This document shows positions 1-10,190 of a stretch of DNA of 64,000 nt, in pieces. The translations under genes and the position numbers were made by a program. The notes under the pieces were generated by a model. The model was not told the DNA's origin, did not search any database, and was given only the letters and a program-made list of their open reading frames with translations. Origin of the DNA: Andalucia godoyi And28 (lineage: Eukaryota; Protista; Jakobida); the NCBI GenBank assembly GCA_009859145.1, contig VRVR01000029.1, positions 62,001 through 126,000 of the forward strand. Reading direction: 5' to 3'. Position 1 is the stretch's first letter, and every line of letters starts with the position of its first letter.

Positions 1-2
1 CA

Positions 3-473
3 CAGCTGCAGACATCCATGGAGGATGCGCAGAAACAAATCGCTTTGCTGACGGCGGAAAGAACTTCGTGGAGAACAAATGCAGAACATTCACAGTATGA
101 ACGACAGCAACTCGAAACAGACGTTCGAGCGTTGCAGCAGCGTGTGCAGGAGACCAAGGCTGAGTTTTCAGCGCTTTTGCGGAGAGAAGCAGATCTGGTT
201 TCTTCCAAAAAGGACGCGTTTGTCGCCATCGAGAAGAGCGCCATTGAAAAGGAGAGGCTGGAGCGAGAACGAGATGCTGCGTTGCGGCGTGCTGATGATC
301 TCAAGCGGCGACTGGAGTTTCTGCATGACCAACTGAAGGCTCCCGAGAACGCTGCGCCTTCTGCGACTCTGGTGGCGGAAATTGAGGAATCCATGACGGC
401 AGAGGAAGCTCGAAAAATTCAGAGACTTCTGCGGAAGCTCCGCCAAAAGAAAGACGAAAGATACGTAATTTGA
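3..473 (+). CDS. C-terminal part of a coiled-coil protein (gene starts before the window)
   Basis: Frame of ORF 18..473 is open back to the window edge (CAG CTG CAG ACA TCC ATG). Heptad-rich E/K/R/Q sequence, with the stop followed by a T-rich spacer. Confidence 0.6.
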   Translation, partial: QLQTSMEDAQKQIALLTAERTSWRTNAEHSQYERQQLETDVRALQQRVQETKAEFSALLRREADLVSSKKDAFVAIEKSAIEKERLERERDAALRRADDLKRRLEFLHDQLKAPENAAPSATLVAEIEESMTAEEARKIQRLLRKLRQKKDERYVI

Positions 474-652
474 TCAATCTCCGTTTCGTCTTTCCTCCTT
501 TCTGTTCTTTATTTCTTTTTGTCTTTTTTTTTCTTTTAATTTAAATTTAAATAATACAGGGTGAGGGAGGTGCATCCATTAACAGCAGCAACAGCAAGCA
601 TTGCATTGATAGATTGTAAATAAGAAAATACTGCATTGTAAAGGAGCTTGCG

Positions 653-2929
653 CTACTGTGTTGCAACCGATCCACTGTCAAACGACGGTCGCATACGAAA
701 CTGGTTGGACGAAGATGCAGATGTGGCACGCTTGCTCTCGGTCACCGGCGGTCTGGGTTGACAAGGTGCTTCAACAGACGCACCCGCAGAGCCAGTGCGC
801 TCTGTGCAGGAAGCGTGTGCCGCTGCCGCTGCCGCTTTCACACCTAGTTTGTGAGAATGAGCGGGCCGTTTTCCAGAACCCGCGCTGGACAACTTCCGTC
901 CTGTCGAATTCGAGGAATAAGACCTACGTTTTAGCGAGCCTTTCGGCTTGTGGTGATGCCGCGTTTTCCCAGCCACAGACGTGGGCAGCACATCGCCATC
1001 CGTGTCCTGCACAAAAACAAAGTCATCTGCAAGAACATGCCGTCCGCCAAACACTGTAGCCTCTTGCCACCCATCCAACTGCCCCGAAATGTCCACGTTG
1101 CCCGACCTGTCTGCTCTCTCCGACGAGGATCGAGAAGACGTGCTCGTGTTGCTTGTCGACACCAACTCCACGGCCTCCACGGGCTCCTTTTTCGCAGGCA
1201 AAGAATTCTCAATCTCCAAGCGAATGCTACCATTGTGCATACCGCCAACCGAACGAAACCGGCGGACCAGCATGCGAGGAGATGAAGATGTGGTGCTTGC
1301 ATTGAGACTTGCAGCTTGCTGCTTCAGCAATTGGTCAATCGACCCCTTTCCAATTTCAATGTGCACGCCAGTCAACCGTCGGAAATTATCCACCTCAATA
1401 CTTGCATCGAGGTTGTCGGTGTCGAAAAAGTCGTGTCGCGGAGTTCTTCTGCGCGGCGACCGGACCTGACTTGGCGATGAAACTGCGGGCTTCGGCACCA
1501 GGTTGCTGGCCGACAAATCAGACAATGCATCATTTCCATTCCACAAGAAGGGTGTCAAGTGCGGCAGATTCCTGGTTCTGCGAGGCGTGTCGGCGGCAGC
1601 AGTGGAAGGCTTGCGAGGTTCAAAAAGAACCGTATCTCCCAATGCTCCATCAACTTTTTGCAGCAAAGGGTGACCAGCAGTCTCTGAATATGGTGTTCCA
1701 GATCCGCGAGCAGGTTCTGATATCCTGGAAAACGAAGACTTTTCATACTTGATCTTGAACGAGACTTGATCCGCTGTCCTCCTCGATCGCGGTGATGCTG
1801 ACAAGAGGACTTTTGACGGACTTACAGGAGGCACAATCGTCGGATCAATGCTGAACGGAGCAACTTTCTCCTTTGCGTTGGCACTCATGTCGAGAACAGT
1901 AAGAATCGCCTGTGTTCGCCTCGATGATTGCTCCAGCAAGCTGTTCGGAGACACGGATGTCCCTCTTGCAGAGCTCGGAGGCGATCCTTTCAGCCCATTC
2001 TGCCCGATAGCTGTATATTCCTGCGACGTATGGAAGCGAGGCAACACGTTCCCCGTGGCAGGCCTGGGCCCCTGTGGAGCTTCCATCTGAGGAATGACAC
2101 GGTAATCTGCAACCAGGAATGCAGACGGCCTTTGGACACGAGCAGACAACATGTGTGTCGATCGTCTGCCTACATTAAGCGACCCAGCGCTTGGAAGCTT
2201 ACGCGACATTGAAAATTCTCCTGCTCGAGCGCTGTGCGGCGCATCCCTTGCAGTGTGAAATGTCGCCGATGCACGGTGAGACGCAAGATCCTGCATCACT
2301 CTCGCAGAATGCGACAATGATGATGATACTGCTGAAGTAGAGGAAAACGAAGCAGAAGCAGAAGCAGAAGCAGAAGCAGAAAAGGCAGAAGAAGCAGAAG
2401 AAGCAGAAGAAGCAGAAGAAGACGACGAGAAGGACGATGCTGATGAATCCTGGCTAGATCGATGAAGACTTCCAAAAGACAAGCTGGGGACGTTCGGAGG
2501 ACTCTTTCTCTTCTTGCTGGAGCTCGGAGACGATGCGGCGCTCGGGTCTTCCTGGTCCAGTATGGATCCTACTCTTACTACTGCTGCTGTCTGTGCCGCG
2601 GTTGGTGTTACTATTGTGTGATTGGGCACATCTTTCGGTTGATCCGGAGGCAACGCGCCCGACTGCGGCTCCGTGGATGGTTTGCCGCCTGGCAGCTGCA
2701 GCACGCTCTTCGTCGACGACACCGCAGCAACCGTGAGATCCGTCGATGATTGCTGCCTCTTCATCGACTGTGTCCGGTACTGCACATAGAAATTTGCCGG
2801 GGGTTTCTGAGTTTTGGGCACAGATTGTCTCTTCACGGGTCTCGATCCACCCGACGATGATAGTATGCTTAATGGATCCTCTCCTGGATTATCCTTTGCC
2901 GCAAAACTCAGCAATGACGCAGACTGCAT
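653..2929 (-). CDS. Hypothetical Ser/Pro-rich, largely disordered protein
   Basis: Uninterrupted ORF of about 758 codons, first ATG at 2929. The (GAAGCA)n tract at about 2350-2420 encodes SA repeats. No domain recognised. Confidence 0.6.
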   Translation of the reverse strand: MQSASLLSFAAKDNPGEDPLSILSSSGGSRPVKRQSVPKTQKPPANFYVQYRTQSMKRQQSSTDLTVAAVSSTKSVLQLPGGKPSTEPQSGALPPDQPKDVPNHTIVTPTAAQTAAVVRVGSILDQEDPSAASSPSSSKKRKSPPNVPSLSFGSLHRSSQDSSASSFSSSSSASSASSASSAFSASASASASASFSSTSAVSSSLSHSARVMQDLASHRASATFHTARDAPHSARAGEFSMSRKLPSAGSLNVGRRSTHMLSARVQRPSAFLVADYRVIPQMEAPQGPRPATGNVLPRFHTSQEYTAIGQNGLKGSPPSSARGTSVSPNSLLEQSSRRTQAILTVLDMSANAKEKVAPFSIDPTIVPPVSPSKVLLSASPRSRRTADQVSFKIKYEKSSFSRISEPARGSGTPYSETAGHPLLQKVDGALGDTVLFEPRKPSTAAADTPRRTRNLPHLTPFLWNGNDALSDLSASNLVPKPAVSSPSQVRSPRRRTPRHDFFDTDNLDASIEVDNFRRLTGVHIEIGKGSIDQLLKQQAASLNASTTSSSPRMLVRRFRSVGGMHNGSIRLEIENSLPAKKEPVEAVELVSTSNTSTSSRSSSERADRSGNVDISGQLDGWQEATVFGGRHVLADDFVFVQDTDGDVLPTSVAGKTRHHHKPKGSLKRRSYSSNSTGRKLSSAGSGKRPAHSHKLGVKAAAAAAHASCTERTGSAGASVEAPCQPRPPVTESKRATSASSSNQFRMRPSFDSGSVATQ

Positions 2930-3643
2930 AACCAATTATTTTTTTGCTACAGTCCTTGAACGGCGATGACAACCGCGGCGACGATGATACCTAAAGTTTA
3001 ATGGCGATTGACGACGACTGATACTGACAAGAAGAACAGAAACAACGACCAGTATCACCCAGAACAGAGCATCGAACCCTGCGCGATCAATAACAATAAT
3101 AAAAACGGGTATATAAAAAATAAATTATTATTATTATTAATAATAATAATAAATATTAATAGCCAACTATTCGATTCACTCTCTAACAATTATCTCGTAA
3201 ATTACAATTAACACAAATTACAATTCCAATAGTAACTGAGAGAAGTATGCTTGCTGTTTAATTCCCAACTTCCGACCGGTTTTTGGCTTTGCTCTTGTTT
3301 TATTTATTACAGTCGGTGTTGGAGTTGCCCGTTAAAAAGAAAGAGGGTCGTTTTCCGGACCTTTTTTTTATTGGTTTTGTGTTTAGTTGCTTGTTGTTTT
3401 AGTATATATATTCTATTTCAGAGTTTTGAAATTTTTTTTAAAAAAGCACACCGCTTCTGCCGTCACCAAAGGAAACAAAAAAAGAAAAGAAAAGAAAAAG
3501 GAAGGGGAAAAAAGAAACACGGAAAGTTGTTATTGATCATTCCAAATAACATCGACCACGACGACGCCAAGCGTTTACATTAATTAGAACGATAACAACA
3601 ACATCAATAGCAGCGAGAAGAAGAAGAAGAAGAAGAAGAAAGG

Positions 3644-4336
3644 ATGCCTCCTGCAAAGCGAAGCCGTGTAAAGAGCGATGTGTCGGAGAGTGAAGAGGAT
3701 GATGTATCGCGGATTGAGAAGCTTGTGGAGATGATGCGTGAGCGCGATGCTCTTCATGACAAGCTTGTTTCCGAGTTCAAATCCCAGATTGATTTCCTGA
3801 AGAAACAGTCTCGATCATCGTCGTCGTCGTCGTCGTCGTTTCATAATGAAAAGGACGTTGCGAAGATCCGAGAGTTGGAAGGCGAGAACAAGCACTTGAT
3901 GCAAAAGATTGCAGAGCTGAAAGAGGAAAACGAGGCCGTTCGCAAGGAACTTGAAAAGGCGTCGTCGATTGGAAAGGGAAAGAAGCTCAAGTATGAATCC
4001 GCCTCCGCCACGACGGAGGATGCAAACAAGGAAGTGATGCGCATGTTTTCGAGTCTGACGGGTATGAACATTGAGTACGACGAAGAGGACAGAAAGTACA
4101 GATGCTCGTGTACAAATACGTATGCGAAAAAAATTGTTGTCTTTGAGCTTGCAAAGACACAGGATGGCGAGATCGAGTACACCCCATTGCAGATCCATGT
4201 CAAGAATGGCGAGCTGCCGGCTTTCCTGAGTGACACCATCTATTTTGACGAATCGCAAATGCCAATGTTTGCGCTGAAAATGCTCCAGGCACTCTTCCAG
4301 AATGCAAGCTCTGCTGGTACCGGCTCTTCTGCATAA
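3644..4336 (+). CDS. CSM1: Monopolin subunit Csm1/Pcs1 (plant TITAN9-like), kinetochore RWD protein
   Basis: N-terminal coiled coil followed by an RWD-type head: MFSSLTGMNI...EIEYTP...ELPAFLSDTIYF...PMFALKMLQAL, matching the Csm1 pattern. Confidence 0.8.
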   Translation: MPPAKRSRVKSDVSESEEDDVSRIEKLVEMMRERDALHDKLVSEFKSQIDFLKKQSRSSSSSSSSFHNEKDVAKIRELEGENKHLMQKIAELKEENEAVRKELEKASSIGKGKKLKYESASATTEDANKEVMRMFSSLTGMNIEYDEEDRKYRCSCTNTYAKKIVVFELAKTQDGEIEYTPLQIHVKNGELPAFLSDTIYFDESQMPMFALKMLQALFQNASSAGTGSSA

Positions 4337-4906
4337 TTAAATGATGTACTGTATCGAACATAAACTACCGTTGCCAGTACGTTGCAACCCCCAAACAAGA
4401 AAACTGCACGTGGGGTCCAGACAAACGAAAAGCCTAACCGACTGTACTCCGAACCAAAAAAAAAAAGCTGTGCGAACCCCAGAGTGGAAACCCCCCCTCT
4501 TCCTGCGTCAGATGTCAGAGACTCAGACTTGTCAGTGTCAGCGTCAGCGATGCCCCGGTGTGACTTTCCTGTGTCGTCCGGTCTGTCAGTCCCATCGTCC
4601 CCTCCCGAACTCCCTCAAAAAAACGATTTGAAGATCATATCAAAGCTTGAAGCTTTGAGTAGCGCATTTTTTTTCCCCTTGTATTGTGCGACTCGTTTCT
4701 TCACCCTTCTCTACCTGGTTTGCTTAGTGGTTTTATTATGATTTTTTAATAATAATTCTCCTTGGATTTTGTTTTTGTTTTTCCCTCTTTCTCTGTGTTT
4801 TTCTTTCCTGCTTTTTTTTTCTCTTGGGAACCCGTCTTTTCTTCTTCTCTTCTTTATTCTTCTTTTTTTTTGTGAGACAGCAGGTTTTCTTTTGTGTTGG
4901 GACACG

Positions 4907-5956
4907 ATGGCGATCAAGGTATGTATTGGCGGTGCTGGTGGATTCATTGGATCTCATCTTGCAAAGCGTCTGAAGTCTGAGGGGTACTATGTGGTTGCTG
5001 CGGATTGGAACCGCAACGAGTACTTTGATGAGAAGGAGTTCTGCGACGAGTTCATTCTTGTTGATCTCCGAAATCTGGAGAACTGCATCAAGGCCACCAA
5101 GGGCTGTGAGCACGTGTACAATCTTGCGGCAGATATGGGCGGCATGGGCTTCATCCAGTCGAACCACTCTGTTATTTTGTACAACAACACGATGATTTCG
5201 TTCAACATGATGGAGGCTGCACGCCGCAACGGAGCCAAGCGCTTCTTCTATTCGTCGTCTGCATGCATCTATCCCGAAGGAAAGCAGCTGGACCCCAACA
5301 ACACCGGTCTCAAGGAGTCCGATGCATGGCCCGCCCAGCCTCAGGACGCGTATGGTCTTGAGAAGCTGTGCTCCGAAGAGCTTGCTATCCACTACGGACA
5401 GGACTTCGGCATTGCAGTCCGCATCGCCCGCTTCCATAACATCTACGGACCTCAGGGTACCTGGAAGGGTGGTCGCGAGAAGGCACCCGCCGCATTTTGC
5501 CGCAAGGCATTTGCAGCTGTTGACAAGCTCGAGATCTGGGGAGACGGTATGCAGACCCGCTCGTTCTGCCTTGTTGACGACTGCGTGGAAGGAATCATCA
5601 AGATCATGTTCTCGGACTATGAGAAGCCCTTGAACTTGGGTTCGGACGAAATGGTTTCCATGAACCAGATGGCCGATATGGCTCTTGCCTTTGAGAACAA
5701 GAAGGACAAGGTTACCATCGTCCACATCCCGGGCCCCGAAGGTGTCCGTGGAAGAAACTCGGATAACACCCTCATCAAGCAGGTTCTTGGATGGGCCCCC
5801 GCTACTCCTTTGATCGATGGACTCCGCAAGACCTACTTCTGGATCAAGTCCCAGATCGAGAAGGAGCGTGCAGCTGGAATCAACAACGACTACACCGTCT
5901 CCACTGTCGTCAAGCAGACTTCAGAGTCCCTTGACAAGCTCGGATCCACCGCTTAA
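4907..5956 (+). CDS. GME: GDP-D-mannose 3',5'-epimerase (extended SDR)
   Basis: GAGGFIGSHL NAD-binding motif, NLAADMGGMGFIQSNHSVI, PQDAYGLEK (YxxxK), GGREKAPAAFCRK and GPEGVRGRNSDN, all characteristic of GME. ATG at 4907. Confidence 0.95.
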   Translation: MAIKVCIGGAGGFIGSHLAKRLKSEGYYVVAADWNRNEYFDEKEFCDEFILVDLRNLENCIKATKGCEHVYNLAADMGGMGFIQSNHSVILYNNTMISFNMMEAARRNGAKRFFYSSSACIYPEGKQLDPNNTGLKESDAWPAQPQDAYGLEKLCSEELAIHYGQDFGIAVRIARFHNIYGPQGTWKGGREKAPAAFCRKAFAAVDKLEIWGDGMQTRSFCLVDDCVEGIIKIMFSDYEKPLNLGSDEMVSMNQMADMALAFENKKDKVTIVHIPGPEGVRGRNSDNTLIKQVLGWAPATPLIDGLRKTYFWIKSQIEKERAAGINNDYTVSTVVKQTSESLDKLGSTA

Positions 5957-6176
5957 GTCCCCGAGTGGAACGGAACGTGTTTTGACAAGCCCTCCCGCAG
6001 CGTCATTTTTTCCTCGTTCGTATTTGCAATACAAGCAACCTTCATTACCATTCTCGCTCATTTTTGTTACTGTGTCTTCGTTCTTGTTTCTCTTACTCCC
6101 TCTTCCTCCGTCCCCTTCTCCGGCATGCTCTCGATTACTATGCTCATTCTGATTTATTTATTTAATTTTTTTAAAA

Positions 6177-6560
6177 CCGCTGATTAATAACACGTCACTG
6201 TCATGCATACGGGGGAGTATACATAAACAGACACGGTCAATACTGGCCGACACTAGCACGCTTGCTTCACAGGGAATCCGTGATACAGAGCCTCCTAGGT
6301 CCCGCAGACCTCCTAAGAGACCACGTGTCACTACGCCTGCTGCTAGGGCCGTCAGAATCAAAATGCACCCTTCTCAGGAACAACGTGTCACGCCGAGAAA
6401 GTGGCGCACAGATTGATCGAGATTGGGAACGGAGCGCGGAACGTTTATCTGAAGAGTGCCGTGATGCGTGTTGGGGCCTATACCCTTCCCGGCAACGGGA
6501 TGCAAGACTGCGTATGCATGTCTGTTCGTAGATATGCATATTCAGTGTATAATGCAGGCC
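6177..6560 (+). mobile_element. Non-autonomous IS607/Fanzor2 derivative, family 1, copy A
   Basis: Shares the left ~90 nt, the internal block and the terminal ~35 nt with 42053..42673. Encodes RAVRIKMHPSQEQRVTPRKW (6345-6404, TnpB/Fanzor N-terminal motif) joined almost directly to IDRDW-NGARNVYLK (6412-6454, RuvC-III, with a 1-nt insertion at 6427). Confidence 0.85.
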
Positions 6561-6580
6561 TACAGAAGTTGAGATTCGAT
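6412..6580 (+). ncRNA. Putative Fanzor2 omega/fRNA scaffold plus flank-derived guide (6561-6580)
   Basis: Located 3' of the RuvC-III remnant. Hairpin GGGG-CCTATA-CCCT (6473-6486), TCCCG-GCAA-CGGGA GNRA hairpin (6487-6500), and a 13-bp stem with UUCG loop (6512-6541) extended by ACTG/CAGT. Terminal AGGC is complementary to GCCT at 6476-6479. The 5' boundary and expression are unproven. Confidence 0.55.
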
Positions 6581-6772
6581 CATTCACGTTGAACCCACCT
6601 CCAAACGACATTGATTTCACCCCGGTCAGTCCATCTTTTCAGTACAACTGCATCTGCAAATTAATGCAAGCATGAACGGCATTTGTTTCAACACTGTTGG
6701 TTGTTGTTTTTTGCTGGCTCGTTGGCGTGTTCGTTGGTTGGTGCTGCACCAAGTCTCCAACTCCTGAACCCA

Positions 6773-9646
6773 ATGGAGACGCCTACTCGGTGCGGCCTGA
6801 TTCTTCTTCTCCTGACGGTGGTATTAATAGGCGCAGCGGCAGATACGAACCTCGCAGAAGACAGTGCGCTGTGGTTTCAAGGACCAAAAGGCGCGATCAA
6901 CGTCGAGGATGTCTTACTTGCGCAGTACGGATCGTTCGATGGAATCCGTGATGAGTTTGACAACATGGTCTTGCGGGAGGCTGAAAGCCTCGCAGAATCC
7001 GGCCTGAAGAATCCAAAGTTGCAGTTCGTGGCGAAACGAGTCTCCAAGGTCACTCCCGACTGGATTGCGGAACTGTCGGACATCATAAAAGGTGGGCATT
7101 TGGAATACTTTCCGGATGATGCAGTACTGTTGTACTGCGGCATCGCCATGGCGCAGAGAATTGCGTTGAGAGCAGACACAAAGTACATTGTTCCGGTTCG
7201 ATCGGAATGGAAAGCCCAACGAGAAGCACCTCTTTTGCACTACGTGGAGCCTGCCAGACGCCCAGGCTTGCTCTGGCAGATGCTTCGAGAGGATGCAAGC
7301 GGGAGGCGTTCTCGAAATGCGCAGTCCTTGCCAGAGCTGCAGTCATTGCGCAACAGGAACGTCCTTTTGTCCGTGGCTGTTGCAACTTACGCCGACGAGG
7401 AAGTACTCTCCGCTTTTGCGTCGAGGATGCGTGCGCAGTTGCTGACGACGAGCGGGATTGCATCGACTATCCATTCGGTTCACGACGTCTCGTGTCACTT
7501 CGTGCTGAGTGTGCGAAAGGGCGATGTCTCGCGAGCTATGCATCTGCTAAGCAAGCAAAGTCGTGTCTTGAGCATCCAGGAAAATGTTCCCAGCTTTCTC
7601 TACAATGCTGCTGGAAACAACATTGCTGCCACAGGATCTCCCATAGCTTCGAATCCGTACGCATCCACGCTTAACGGGAGCGGAGAAATCATTCACATAG
7701 CAGACTCGGGACTGGACTACTTTCACTGTGCTTTTTATGACCAAAGCGGAACAGTGACGCCCAAGACAAGCAATGCTGGTCGCATGGTATCCACGACGAC
7801 GCAGGAACGGGACACGCGAAGAAAAGTAGTCTCGTATTGGCAATTTATGGACGGCGCATGGAGGACATCAGACCACGGGACGCACGTTTCCGGAACGGCC
7901 GCAGGTGCAGCAACCCCCGGGTCGGCAGGGATTCTGCAGACAGAAAATGGAATTGCGTCCGAGGCAAAAATTGCATTCACGGACATTGGCTGCGACAGCT
8001 CGGCAGGCTGCACATGCGGCAGCACTCTGAATGGAGCTCACATTTCTTGTCCGTGCGACATCGAATCCCTTGGCATATGTGATCCAAATGCAGAAATGAT
8101 ATATCCTCCTAGTTCTGTGCAAACAGGGTTGTTCCCTTACGGCGCTGCCAATGGCGCCTTTATTTCCTCAAATTCGTGGGGAGCTTCCTCTGGAAGCGGA
8201 TACAGTCACTATTCTCGGGATGTTGACGCAGCCGCCATCCAATACAGCACAACCACCGTTCTCTTTGCTGCGGGAAATTCCGGAGATCCTCAGACCATCT
8301 CAGCTCAAGGATCTGCAAAGAACATCATTACCGTTGGAGCTTCAAACACGGGGAAGCCGAACATTCTGCAGATAGTGACAAGCCAAGTCAATCCCAGCAT
8401 TGATGGCGGAAGCGAATTTGCAGGATTGTTGGGATGTCTTCCTGGTTCCACAAATCCAGCTTGCTTGTTCTTCCAAAGCTCAAGTTTCGACGGATGCAGC
8501 ACAACGAGCTACTGCGGAGAAGGTTACCGTCTGGTAGGCTCAGCGGGGTGCGGCTGCTTTCCGTGCGACGCGGAAGGATGCTACCGACTGGGGTCTGTGA
8601 GCTGCAGAAGTTGCGCTGTCGCATACTATCAGAACACCCCTGAAAGCCAGCTCGCTGTCGATTCGCTTGCGTTTTTCTCATCAACCGGACCCACGTCAGA
8701 TGGTCGGATCAAGCCCGATGTGGTTGCACCAGGAAACTTGATTGTGTCTTCCAGGTCTTATGCAGGTTCTCTGCAATCAGCAGCAGACAAGTGTGGCCTG
8801 TCCGGCTTGTACGCGAGTATGTCGTCAGCGGAGCCTTTCCTCTCCAGCAAGATGGGAACATCGATGGCGACTCCTCTGGTTGCTGGATATGCAGCTCTTG
8901 TGCGCCAGTATCTCCGGACGTTTTATCCGCAGCCAGCGGGAGTTGCGGCGGGCACCATGCCCATTGCGACCCCTCCGAGTTCCCTGTTGCGTGCATTGAT
9001 CATCCAGTCCGCAACACCCATGGACGGTGTGTACTGTGCAAATGGGGCAGCAAAGAACTGCGACTTTCCAAATTCCTTGAACCACGGACAAACATTCCAA
9101 CAGGGGTTCGGCGTCGTCGGATTAAATACTATCATTCCTGCTATCGGAACAGTGTCTGGTAACACAACCGTGTTGGCGTATGAAGACGGTACGAACGGAC
9201 TGATTTCCGCAACAGGCGCTCAAAAAGTCTACACTGTGTACATGCACCGGACAGAGTGCTTGCGCGTGACGCTGGCGTGGACGGATCCTCTAGCGTCCAG
9301 CTCTGCATCGAAGCAGCTATACAACGACTTGGATCTGGTGGTCTCCAACACAAGCACCTCGGTGCTGGGCAATCAGCAGCAGTCTGGAGTTGCAGATCAT
9401 GTCAATAACGTAGAAAAGGTCCTGTGGTATTCGGCACCCGCAGGACCTTACACAATCTCTGTTACAGGATACCGAGTTGCAGCGGCGCAGCGATTTTCGC
9501 TGGTGGTGTCGACCATGCCTTCGTCTCTGTGTGTGGTTGTGCAAGAGAACATTCCTTCGCATATCCCAACCAGCGCCACAGCTGCAAAGTCCATGTCCCA
9601 CGGCTTCTTTGCCGTCCTGTTTTTCCTTCTTTTCTTGGTGCAATAA
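6773..9646 (+). CDS. Secreted or membrane-anchored subtilisin-like serine protease (S8, KP-43/TagC-like)
   Basis: Signal peptide at ATG 6773. Catalytic IADSG, DHGTHVSG and GTSMATP, oxyanion FAAGNSG, C-terminal jelly-roll (LAWTDP, NDLDL, NNVEKV) and a hydrophobic C-terminal tail. Confidence 0.92.
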   Translation: METPTRCGLILLLLTVVLIGAAADTNLAEDSALWFQGPKGAINVEDVLLAQYGSFDGIRDEFDNMVLREAESLAESGLKNPKLQFVAKRVSKVTPDWIAELSDIIKGGHLEYFPDDAVLLYCGIAMAQRIALRADTKYIVPVRSEWKAQREAPLLHYVEPARRPGLLWQMLREDASGRRSRNAQSLPELQSLRNRNVLLSVAVATYADEEVLSAFASRMRAQLLTTSGIASTIHSVHDVSCHFVLSVRKGDVSRAMHLLSKQSRVLSIQENVPSFLYNAAGNNIAATGSPIASNPYASTLNGSGEIIHIADSGLDYFHCAFYDQSGTVTPKTSNAGRMVSTTTQERDTRRKVVSYWQFMDGAWRTSDHGTHVSGTAAGAATPGSAGILQTENGIASEAKIAFTDIGCDSSAGCTCGSTLNGAHISCPCDIESLGICDPNAEMIYPPSSVQTGLFPYGAANGAFISSNSWGASSGSGYSHYSRDVDAAAIQYSTTTVLFAAGNSGDPQTISAQGSAKNIITVGASNTGKPNILQIVTSQVNPSIDGGSEFAGLLGCLPGSTNPACLFFQSSSFDGCSTTSYCGEGYRLVGSAGCGCFPCDAEGCYRLGSVSCRSCAVAYYQNTPESQLAVDSLAFFSSTGPTSDGRIKPDVVAPGNLIVSSRSYAGSLQSAADKCGLSGLYASMSSAEPFLSSKMGTSMATPLVAGYAALVRQYLRTFYPQPAGVAAGTMPIATPPSSLLRALIIQSATPMDGVYCANGAAKNCDFPNSLNHGQTFQQGFGVVGLNTIIPAIGTVSGNTTVLAYEDGTNGLISATGAQKVYTVYMHRTECLRVTLAWTDPLASSSASKQLYNDLDLVVSNTSTSVLGNQQQSGVADHVNNVEKVLWYSAPAGPYTISVTGYRVAAAQRFSLVVSTMPSSLCVVVQENIPSHIPTSATAAKSMSHGFFAVLFFLLFLVQ

Positions 9647-9695
9647 AAATCCTCGTCCAAACACGAGCAGGCCGGCGCGGCCGCGAGTAACAGCA

Positions 9696-9953
9696 GTCTT
9701 ACACATTGATAAATCCGGCAGCTCTAGCAGATACCGTAAGTACTGTGAATCCGCCCATTGCACATCTTGGCGCTGGACGTCCCGAGACAAGAATGCGGCT
9801 CTCAATACTCGACAGTGTCTCTCATTGGGCCTCGACCTTGCATTCCTACGCCGCCGCGACAACAGCCTGCAGCAGCAATCTGCAGAAGAAAAAAGGTCGG
9901 CCTTCATACAACACCAATGTCGACGGCTGTCAACTCAGCCATACCATCCGATG
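9696..9953 (+). mobile_element. Fanzor1-like 3' remnant, family 4, copy E
   Basis: KYCESAHCTSWRWTSRDKNAALNTRQCLSLGLDLAFLRR resembles the Fanzor1 C-terminus (C-x-C...RDxNAAxNI...G-x-P-x-x-LxR). About 165 nt are homologous to 17747..17920 on the opposite strand. The left boundary is uncertain. Confidence 0.6.
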
Positions 9954-10190
9954 GTATTCGCAGCCCCGTCCAGCAGACATTTTGGGTTGAAGTATATTCA
10001 GTTTCTGCAAAGTATTTTTGCATTCTGTGTGGTTTATGCGTACACCTTATCACGACACTGAGGAGGAGCACGATATTGAGGCTTGAACGCCGAAGAGAGA
10101 ATGCCGGAATCGTAACGCCCAAAGACAAAGGAAGGGGAGAAGAAGAAGAAGAAGAAAGGGGGAGGAAAAGAAAAACGCAGCCCGAATACG

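Noticed and set aside
6221-6262. HKQT..ADT in the family-1 left region as a TnpA HTH remnant
   Set aside because: It needs several assumed indels. Plausible, but not supportable without the master copy.
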